From Halogeometricum borinquense DSM 11551 (GTDB lineage Archaea > Halobacteriota > Halobacteria > Halobacteriales > Haloferacaceae): 32,000 nucleotides of DNA. The translations under genes were made by a program, and so were the position numbers. Shown here piece by piece: positions 25,479 through 32,000 of this stretch (positions are counted from its first letter, which is position 1; each line of letters starts with the position of its first letter). Under the pieces are notes generated by a model. The model saw only the letters and a list, made by a program, of their open reading frames with translations, was not told where the DNA came from and searched no databases. The stretch covers positions 1,950,001 through 1,982,000 of the forward strand of contig NC_014729.1 in assembly GCF_000172995.2 (NCBI RefSeq). The letters run 5' to 3'.

Positions 25479-26522
25479 GTGTCATGGAAGGAATACAAAC
25501 TCGACCGTCGGTCGTTCGTGGCGGGTGCGCTCACGGGAACCAGTACAGTTGCGGGAGTGTCGTCACTCACCTCCGTGGTTCCCCCCGAGACGAACACCGC
25601 GTCCTCACGGGAGAGTGAACGCATGAACGACGACGGAACGACTGACCCGGCGATAATCGCTCACCGCGGGTTCGCCGGTGTGTACCCCGAGAACACTGTC
25701 GGTGCGGTCGGTCGAGCAACGTGGGGTGACGACGCTGAGATGGTCGAGATAGATATTGTCCCGACGGCCGACGGGAAGGTAGTCGTCTTCCACGACTCGG
25801 AACTCAGCGGCCGGGATGGTGGCGAACGCGGCCCCACCGACCTTGATGGCTACGTTTGGGACCACTCGTGGGAGGAACTGCAAGAGACCGAAGTGCTACA
25901 GAGCGGTGAGACGATTCCGCGTCTCGAACAGGTGTTCGACGCCATCCCGGACGACGCGGGCGTCAACATCGAGTTCAAGAATCCGGGAACGACGAACGTC
26001 AGGTTCGCAGAGAAACTCTCTGCGGCGGAACTCGAATCGCAGATGGAAGTGTGGCGGCCGATGGCTGAAACAGCGCTCGAAATCGCCGCCGATGCAGAGA
26101 ACGACGTTCTCGTCTCGTCGTTTCACGAGGCGGCGCTGGCCGTCGTCCGCGATATCGACCCCGACGTACCTATCGGGTGTCTGTTCTGGGACTCTATCGA
26201 GACGGGACTTGCGATAACACGCGAATACGACTGCGAGGCGATTCACCCGCCGTACAACATGATTCAGGGAACGCCGTTCTTCGAGGACGAGTACTACCTC
26301 TCGGGACCGTTCGCTGACGTTGACCTCGTCGAAGTCGCACACGAGGAGGGTCGTACGGTGAATACGTGGACCATCGGAACGTGGTATCAGGCAGAACGGC
26401 TCGCCGAAGCGGGTGTAGACGGTCTCATCGCCGACTATCCGAATCTGTTGTGGTCCGCTGAGAACACAGTAGACAACGACAACGACAGCGACGACACCAA
26501 CGACAGCGACAACGACAAATAA
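25479..26522 (+). CDS. Tat-exported glycerophosphodiester phosphodiesterase
   Basis: GTG start at 25479. It has a twin-arginine signal (KLDRRSFVAGAL) and the GDPD motif IIAHRGFAGVYPENT. The tail is Asp/Asn-rich (DNDNDSDDTNDSDNDK). Confidence 0.85.
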   Translation: MSWKEYKLDRRSFVAGALTGTSTVAGVSSLTSVVPPETNTASSRESERMNDDGTTDPAIIAHRGFAGVYPENTVGAVGRATWGDDAEMVEIDIVPTADGKVVVFHDSELSGRDGGERGPTDLDGYVWDHSWEELQETEVLQSGETIPRLEQVFDAIPDDAGVNIEFKNPGTTNVRFAEKLSAAELESQMEVWRPMAETALEIAADAENDVLVSSFHEAALAVVRDIDPDVPIGCLFWDSIETGLAITREYDCEAIHPPYNMIQGTPFFEDEYYLSGPFADVDLVEVAHEEGRTVNTWTIGTWYQAERLAEAGVDGLIADYPNLLWSAENTVDNDNDSDDTNDSDNDK

Positions 26523-26543
26523 GCGATTGTGTAGCCGGGGGTT

Positions 26544-27341
26544 TCAGCGCATTCCCGGTGGCGGTCCCTCGTCGAACTCGTCGTCGGTGTCAACGTCGAG
26601 GCCCATCTCCTCACGTTGGTCTTTCAGCTCCTCGATCTGGCGGCGATAGTAAAGAAGTCCGCCCAGACCGATGAGGCCGAAGAGGACGAAGACACCGCCA
26701 AAGATGTACAGGTCCCGCTCGAGGTAGAACTGCACGGAGACGGTGTCTGCGCTCATTTCGGACCATCTGAGGAGAATTTGCCCGTTGACGCGCGAGTAGT
26801 CGTACCCGGGCGGGCGGGCCTGTCCGATGATGGGTACATCGATGCTCCGGTCCGGCGGCAGGAGAATCTCGTAGGAGCCATCGACGTACGTCGGAAGCGA
26901 GAACCTCTTCGCCGACCCGCTTCCGGTGAAGGCGAGCTTTCCGCCGCCGTTCTCGGGCGCGTCCGAGGGGAGGGCGATGATAGTCACATCGCGGGTCTGT
27001 CGGATTTCACCGCCGCGCTCGCGTATCTCGCTGCCGTCGAGTTGCGTCCCGTTCGGGTAGCGGTACTGCACCGCTTCGACGGAGAGCGGATTCCGGCCGC
27101 CAAGCCCATCCCGGCGGTACAGCTCTATCTCCGTCTGGTTGAGTTCGTACACCGCGGTGTACTGCGTATTTGCCTGTATCTCGATGCGGACCGTCGTGTT
27201 GGCGTCCCACGTGTATCCGCCGTCCGGCGGTTCGGCGTTAACGCGCTCTTTCGAAACGTCACCCGTGCCGAAGCCGAGACAACCGGACGTGAGAACAAGG
27301 AGGGCAAGCGCCGCGAGTGCGAGGAGCAATCGTCGGTTCAT
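26544..27341 (-). CDS. Lipobox-anchored conserved haloarchaeal protein with a C-terminal TM helix (DUF5803-like, from memory)
   Basis: The N-terminus MNRRLLLALAALALLVLTSGC is a signal peptide with a lipobox. The C-terminal IFGGVFVLFGLIGLGGLLYYRRQ is a TM helix. Confidence 0.7.
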   Translation of the reverse strand: MNRRLLLALAALALLVLTSGCLGFGTGDVSKERVNAEPPDGGYTWDANTTVRIEIQANTQYTAVYELNQTEIELYRRDGLGGRNPLSVEAVQYRYPNGTQLDGSEIRERGGEIRQTRDVTIIALPSDAPENGGGKLAFTGSGSAKRFSLPTYVDGSYEILLPPDRSIDVPIIGQARPPGYDYSRVNGQILLRWSEMSADTVSVQFYLERDLYIFGGVFVLFGLIGLGGLLYYRRQIEELKDQREEMGLDVDTDDEFDEGPPPGMR

Positions 27342-27347
27342 CTCTCC

Positions 27348-28028
27348 TCAGGTCAAGACGCACTTGAGTTCAGCCGGGAGGTACGAACCGATGCTGGCGA
27401 GGAGTCCGGGCGGGTCGGTCCCCTCCGGACAGACGATGCTCTGTTCGAGGAGGCCGAGGCGTTCGACGGTGACGATGTCTTTGGCGTGTCCGGCGCGGTT
27501 GACCGTCGCGCGAACTTCACCGCGGGTCGCGCTGTTGACGTTGACCCGACCGCTTCCTTCCTCGCGTGTCCAGTCGTACAGTTTGTCGCGCGTCTCGTCG
27601 GACAGGCGCGACCCATCCTCGTCGTAGACGAACGACAATGGGGTGTGCTGGACGATGCCGAAACGGTCACGAATCTGCGTCGGTGACCCGGTACCGAGAC
27701 CGATTTCGTCGGCGGGAATCCGGACGTAGTTGTGAAAGCCCACGTCGAGGATGAATCCGTCCTCGTCCCATTCGTCGAGCGTCCCGACGTACGTCTCACC
27801 CTCGGTCAGGTGCGGCGTCACTTCGCCCCACTCGTCTCCGAGGAGGTTCCGAGCGGCGGTTGCGTCGTCGCCCGACACGGTAACGGAGATGAAGTCGTCA
27901 TCGCGGACGCCGATGTCCCACGACACGTCCAACTCGCCGATATCGTTGCGGATCAGGGAGTCGAGGCTATCTAATGCGCGTTCCCGCGCGTCGCCTTCGA
28001 CGTAGCACTTGGTAGCGAGGACGACCAT
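27348..28028 (-). CDS. DUF2110-family protein
   Basis: 226 aa, starting MVVLATKCYVEGDARERALDSL. Its ATG shares one nucleotide with the tfe stop (TGATG). This is the conserved archaeal tfe-DUF2110 pair. Confidence 0.8.
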   Translation of the reverse strand: MVVLATKCYVEGDARERALDSLDSLIRNDIGELDVSWDIGVRDDDFISVTVSGDDATAARNLLGDEWGEVTPHLTEGETYVGTLDEWDEDGFILDVGFHNYVRIPADEIGLGTGSPTQIRDRFGIVQHTPLSFVYDEDGSRLSDETRDKLYDWTREEGSGRVNVNSATRGEVRATVNRAGHAKDIVTVERLGLLEQSIVCPEGTDPPGLLASIGSYLPAELKCVLT

Positions 28029-28552
28029 CAGTTCGTCGCCTCGACGTTGAGTTCGTCGCGCAACTCCTCGATGCGCCGTTCCATGGCGTCAACCATATCG
28101 TCGTTCTCCATCGGTTCGAGGGGTGCACCAGTCTCGGGGCATTGGAAGCCGAGTTCCATCGCCTCGGAGAACTCAAAGCGGATGCCCGCGGGTTCCGAAA
28201 GATAGAACTCGTGGGTCCGTTCGTACTCCAACCGTTCTTCGAGCGCGTCGAGGAGACGGTACATCTCCTCTTCGAGGTTCTCCGGGATGTTCTCGTAGTG
28301 GAACGTCCAGAGGTAGGTAAGCCACCCCGAATCTTCGTCGCGGACACGACGGTACGATGCGAGGTCGTTCTCATAGAGGATGAAGAGCGCCCGGCGAACG
28401 TCGTTCAGTTCGAGGCCCAACTCCTCGGCCAACTCTTCGTCGGTGACCTCGCCGTCCGGCGGCGCGGCCGCAACCGGCATCCCCGTCGGTCCAACCAGTT
28501 CGTGGAGGTACTTCTGGATGACAGGGTCGTTCAGCAGCCCTTCAAAAGCCAT
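28028..28552 (-). CDS. tfe: Transcription factor E (TFE alpha)
   Basis: It has an N-terminal winged helix (VIQKYLHELVGPTG...TDEELAEELGLELNDVRRALFILYENDLASYRRVRDEDSGWLTYLW). A degenerate Zn-ribbon region follows. Confidence 0.85.
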   Translation of the reverse strand: MAFEGLLNDPVIQKYLHELVGPTGMPVAAAPPDGEVTDEELAEELGLELNDVRRALFILYENDLASYRRVRDEDSGWLTYLWTFHYENIPENLEEEMYRLLDALEERLEYERTHEFYLSEPAGIRFEFSEAMELGFQCPETGAPLEPMENDDMVDAMERRIEELRDELNVEATN

Positions 28553-28577
28553 TGTGTTCTGTTCCGCCGCAAAGCCG

Positions 28578-28584
28578 TTTAAAA
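28578..28584 (-). promoter_or_regulatory. TATA box (TTTTAAA on the minus strand) for tfe
   Basis: It is centred about 29 nt upstream of the tfe ATG (28552), consistent with a leaderless mRNA. Confidence 0.4.
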
Positions 28585-28755
28585 TCTCCGGATGTGGCGT
28601 GGTTCGTTGGGACGATACTCTCGGGTGGCGATATAAATATAATTGACATGTATCTCGTGGCTGTCGTCGCTGGTGACATCCGCGAGCGAGAAGCGGCGAA
28701 CGACACGACGCTGAACGCGTCGCCCCAAGCGTCGAATAGCAGATCGAACGGACAG

Positions 28756-29334
28756 TCAGGCGTCCTCGGTCGCGTCGGCGTCACTCGCTTCGCCGTCAGC
28801 ACCGGGTTCGACCACCTTCTTTCCCGTCGCTTTCGGAATCACTTTCCGGTCGGCATTTTCCCACTCGCGGTCGAGTTCCCGGCCGTCGAACAGGCGGTCT
28901 AAGAACACCGCAAGGCCGGCGACTTCCGAGTGCGGTTGGTTCGTCACGCCGACGTTGTAGTCCGCGTGTTCGTACACCTCGAACGGAACCTTCTCGCCGC
29001 CGACGACGATGAGGATGGGCGTCTCCTCGTGGACTTCCCGTACGTCCTCCTCAACATCTTGGACGCGTTCGCCGTACATCGTCAGGTGGACGACGACGCC
29101 CTCCCAGTTGCGGATGACGGCGTTGAGGGCGTCCGTTAGTTCGACACCGAACGGGCCGCCGAACCGGCCGGTGATGTCCTCGACAGTCTCTTTCGACTGG
29201 CCGGCGTTGTCGGGCAAGATGACGCGGTCGGCACCGAGTGCGCGGGCCGTCAGGCCGACGTGCGTCGTCATCCGGTCGTCCCGCCCCGGTCTGTGTCCGT
29301 ACCGGAGGACGGCGACTTCGGGTTCCTCGTGCAT
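28756..29334 (-). CDS. trm56: tRNA (cytidine56-2'-O)-methyltransferase (aTrm56, SPOUT)
   Basis: VLRYGHRPGRDDRMTTHVGLTARALGADRVIL and the downstream SPOUT knot region match aTrm56 as I remember it. Confidence 0.85.
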   Translation of the reverse strand: MHEEPEVAVLRYGHRPGRDDRMTTHVGLTARALGADRVILPDNAGQSKETVEDITGRFGGPFGVELTDALNAVIRNWEGVVVHLTMYGERVQDVEEDVREVHEETPILIVVGGEKVPFEVYEHADYNVGVTNQPHSEVAGLAVFLDRLFDGRELDREWENADRKVIPKATGKKVVEPGADGEASDADATEDA

Positions 29335-29556
29335 ACGCCGAGCGAAGCGGTCCGCCCGCTAAGGCCCTTCGCTTCGTTTGCCTCTCCGACTGTCGATGGC
29401 CCCACAGACGCGACGATAACCCGCCTCGGGACCGAGAGTGCGCTTACAGCCGACGAGGAGATTCCGGCGAGGGCAGGGAATACGCGAGACAACAACAGAA
29501 CGAATAGTGACGAACGGGACCAGAACGAACTTACTACAGGGTGGTGCAGTGACAGT

Positions 29557-30507
29557 ATGCGACTTTCCGAAAAACGAGTCGTCGTCACCGGCGGGGCGGG
29601 ACTCGTCGGTTCCCACCTCGCACAGTACCTCCGCGATGAGAACGATGTCGTCGTCGCCGACGACCTGTCGAAAGGGACGCGCGAACGCGTTCCCGACGGC
29701 GTCGAGTTCGTGAAGGCCGATCTGACTGACGCCAGCGACGTGGCCGAGGTCATCACCGAAGACGTGGACGTGGTTTTCCACTTCGCCGCTTACACGGACA
29801 CGAACTACGCCGACCCCCGCAAACTGTTCGAGGAGAATACCGAGATGACGTACAACGTCCTCGAACGCATGGAGGAAGTCGGCGTCTCGAACATCGCTTT
29901 CACCTCCTCTTCGACCGTGTACGGCGAGGCACCGCGTCCGACGCCGGAAGACTACGCACCCCTCGAACCCATCAGTGTCTACGGCGCGTCGAAACTTGCA
30001 GACGAGGGACTGCTCTCCACGTACGCCCACTCGAAAGACGTCACTGTCTGGCTGTTCCGCTTTGCCAACATCGTCGGTCCGAAACAGCGCGGCAACGTCA
30101 TCCCCGACTTCATCGAGAAACTGCTCGAAGATCCTGAAACGCTCACCATCCTCGGCAACGGCCGACAGGAGAAATCCTACCTCCACGTCGAAGACTGCGT
30201 GCGCGCCATCTCGCACGTTGTCGAGAACGCCGAGCAGTCGATGAACACGTACAACCTCGGGACGCGGACGACGACCTCCGTCACGACAATCGCAGACATC
30301 GTCTCGGACGTGATGGATCTGGACCCCGAGTACGAGTACACCGGCGGCGACCGCGGCTGGGAGGGTGACGTGCCGCGGATGCGCCTGTCTATCGAGAAAC
30401 TCTCCGCACTCGGCTGGGAACCCGACGCCTCCAGCGACGACGCCGTGCGCCGCGCGACGCGCGAACTCGCGGCGGAACTGCGCGACGAGTACGGCGTCGA
30501 AGCCTGA
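29557..30507 (+). CDS. NAD-dependent epimerase/dehydratase (GalE-like SDR)
   Basis: ATG 29557 inside ORF 29260..30507. It has the Rossmann motif VVVTGGAGLVGSHL and the catalytic YGASK. Confidence 0.85.
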   Translation: MRLSEKRVVVTGGAGLVGSHLAQYLRDENDVVVADDLSKGTRERVPDGVEFVKADLTDASDVAEVITEDVDVVFHFAAYTDTNYADPRKLFEENTEMTYNVLERMEEVGVSNIAFTSSSTVYGEAPRPTPEDYAPLEPISVYGASKLADEGLLSTYAHSKDVTVWLFRFANIVGPKQRGNVIPDFIEKLLEDPETLTILGNGRQEKSYLHVEDCVRAISHVVENAEQSMNTYNLGTRTTTSVTTIADIVSDVMDLDPEYEYTGGDRGWEGDVPRMRLSIEKLSALGWEPDASSDDAVRRATRELAAELRDEYGVEA

Positions 30508-30530
30508 GTCGGACGCGCGAACAGTACGCC

Positions 30531-30536
30531 TTTTAT
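30531..30536 (+). promoter_or_regulatory. TATA-like box (TTTTAT) upstream of the DUF2797-like gene
   Basis: It is centred about 27 nt upstream of the in-frame GTG at 30560. Confidence 0.35.
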
Positions 30537-30559
30537 CGGGTCGGCCCCCAGCTTTCGTC

Positions 30560-31306
30560 GTGCAGTTCGTCGGGTATGATACGGCCGGACCGGGACTCTT
30601 TCTCGCCAGCGACGGCGATGTTGAACACGTCACACTCGACCCCGGAACGGAACTGACGTACACGCTCGGCGAACGCCACTGCGCGGGTGTCATGACCGAC
30701 GACGAACACTGCGCGTGCGAAAACGACGCCGCGCCCTACTGCCGGGACCACCGGTCTACGTGGGTGTGCGCGAAGTGTACCGGTACCTGTCTGAAGGACG
30801 TGATGGACTGTCACGACTCGCACGCGATCTATCTCGCCGCGTTCGCGCCGGACGTGTTCAAAGTGGGCGTAACGAAGGAGTGGCGTCTTGAGACGCGCTT
30901 GCGCGAACAGGGCGCAGACCGCGGCGCACACATTCGAACGGTTGCCAACGGCCGCATCGCCCGCGAGATCGAGGCCGGACTGGCAGACGAGATTCCCGAC
31001 CGGATTCGCGTTCCGACGAAACGCGATGGACTCCACCGCAAGGTGGACGAGGCGGCGTGGGAGTCACTGCTCTCGGAGTTCGACGTTCTCGACCGCTTTG
31101 ACTTCGACTACGGACTGGAACTCGATGCCCGGCCGGTCGATGAAGTCATCGCCACCGGCACCGTCCGCGGTGTCCAAGGCCGCCTGCTCGTTCTCGACCA
31201 CGCGGGCAGTACCTACGCCGTGGACCTGCGTGATCTCGTAGGCCACGAGGTGACCGCCGAAGCGACGACTCGTGACGTGCAGTCGAGTCTCGGTGCGTGG
31301 GGCTAA
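30560..31306 (+). CDS. Cys-rich conserved hypothetical protein (DUF2797-like, from memory)
   Basis: I take the in-frame GTG at 30560 as the start (MQFVGYDTAGPG...); there is no ATG before codon 40 of the plausible protein. The upstream part of ORF 30365.. overlaps the epimerase gene. A Cys cluster is present: HCAGVMTDDEHCACENDAAPYCRDHRSTWVCAKCTGTCLKDVMDCH. Confidence 0.6.
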   Translation: MQFVGYDTAGPGLFLASDGDVEHVTLDPGTELTYTLGERHCAGVMTDDEHCACENDAAPYCRDHRSTWVCAKCTGTCLKDVMDCHDSHAIYLAAFAPDVFKVGVTKEWRLETRLREQGADRGAHIRTVANGRIAREIEAGLADEIPDRIRVPTKRDGLHRKVDEAAWESLLSEFDVLDRFDFDYGLELDARPVDEVIATGTVRGVQGRLLVLDHAGSTYAVDLRDLVGHEVTAEATTRDVQSSLGAWG

Positions 31307-31353
31307 CAGCCGGGACCAACAGTCCTTTCCAATCGGACCGAGAAGTCACCCAC

Positions 31354-31797
31354 ATGCCCGAAGATCCAGACGAACCCACGGACGAATCGGCCGAAGACGC
31401 CGGGGAACCCACCGAGGGAGCCGGTGCTGACGGTGACGACGAGGAGAAGTCGTTCCGCGAACGAGTCGAAGAAATCCGAAAGCGGCGCGAAGAGGAACGC
31501 GAAGAGGGCGAACGACCGTCGCCCGAAGAGATGATGGGCGGCGGTGGCGGCCCCGGCGGCGGCAACCCGTTCGCGCAAATGATGAGCGGTATGATGGGCG
31601 GCGGCGGCCCCGGTATGGGCGGCGGCATGGGCGGTGGACCCGGTGGCCCGCCAGGTGCCGCAGGCGGTCGCGGCGAATCCGAATCGGCCGGGAACGAAGA
31701 ACTCGTCCGCGAGGTTCGCCAACTCCGCGACGAAGTCCGCGATGCAACGCGACAACTCCAGCGTATCGCGCAGGCCGTCGAAGACTTAGACGACTAA
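31354..31797 (+). CDS. Acidic protein with a central Gly/Met-rich low-complexity region and charged helical ends
   Basis: ATG at 31354 (MPEDPDEPTDES...). The central region is MMGGGGGPGGGNPFAQMMSGMMGGGGPGMGGGMGGGPGGPPGAAGG (31531..31674). The C-terminal ELVREVRQLRDEVRDATRQLQRIAQAVEDL is a helix. Confidence 0.6.
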   Translation: MPEDPDEPTDESAEDAGEPTEGAGADGDDEEKSFRERVEEIRKRREEEREEGERPSPEEMMGGGGGPGGGNPFAQMMSGMMGGGGPGMGGGMGGGPGGPPGAAGGRGESESAGNEELVREVRQLRDEVRDATRQLQRIAQAVEDLDD

Positions 31798-31822
31798 TTC
31801 GTCACCCCGTCGCTTCGACGTT

Positions 31823-32000
31823 TCAGTATCCTTTTTCGGCACATACGCGGTCGTACAGCGTCGAGAGCTCGTCAACCGCGCGTTCGACACTCACCGCATC
31901 TCGACGTTCCAGACACGACTTCGAGAGCGTCTCGCGCTCGTCAAGGACACGTTCGATAGCCGCTCGGCAGGCATCTGTGTCGCCGAGGGAGTAATGATAG
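31823..32000 (-). CDS. C-terminal fragment of an unidentified protein running off the window
   Basis: Hand translation of the minus strand is open from the window edge to TGA (tca at 31823..31825): ...YHYSLGDTDACRAAIERVLDERETLSKSCLERRDAVSVERAVDELSTLYDRVCAEKGY. It is not in the ORF track because no start codon lies inside the window. Confidence 0.3.
   Translation of the reverse strand, partial: YHYSLGDTDACRAAIERVLDERETLSKSCLERRDAVSVERAVDELSTLYDRVCAEKGY

Overview
This is GC-rich archaeal DNA that looks haloarchaeal (class Halobacteria). The predicted proteins are strongly acidic. Several carry twin-arginine or lipobox signal peptides. TATA-like boxes sit about 27-30 nt upstream of several start codons, as expected for leaderless mRNAs. 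Many long Arg/Pro/Ser-rich antisense ORFs are present and are typical GC artefacts. I can support about 34 protein-coding genes, most of them ordinary chromosomal content:
- a PfkB sugar kinase
- a 7TM-PAS histidine kinase
- an acyl-CoA dehydrogenase
- a universal stress protein (UspA)
- a five-gene LIV-type amino-acid ABC transporter operon
- a proline dehydrogenase, Bat-type HTH regulator and aldehyde dehydrogenase cluster
- an SRPBCC protein
- a LEA_2 repeat protein
- a PhoU/AbrB regulator
- an ATP-NAD-kinase-like protein
- a CinA-like protein
- a Tat-secreted glycerophosphodiesterase
- DUF2110 and transcription factor E (TFE)
- Trm56
- an NAD-dependent epimerase

I recognised no rRNA, tRNA or CRISPR array.

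The items most worth a second look are:
1. A stand-alone FlaD/E-domain protein with a 21-bp His-rich tandem repeat lies directly upstream of an actin-fold (ASKHA) protein. In that protein both canonical phosphate-loop Asp residues appear to be replaced.
2. A highly structured repeat of about 105-110 nt is present in two near-identical copies. One copy splits a conserved small ORF; excising it restores the reading frame.
3. An ORF-free gap of about 0.8 kb (18.3-19.1 kb) has dense hairpins and two adjacent perfect 12-bp palindromes. A promoter-like BRE/TATA motif points into it, and the same motif occurs upstream of two protein genes.
4. A small gene (21.5 kb) has its TATA-positioned ATG one nucleotide out of frame with its long ORF.

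All family assignments come from motif recognition by eye and need HMM/BLAST confirmation.
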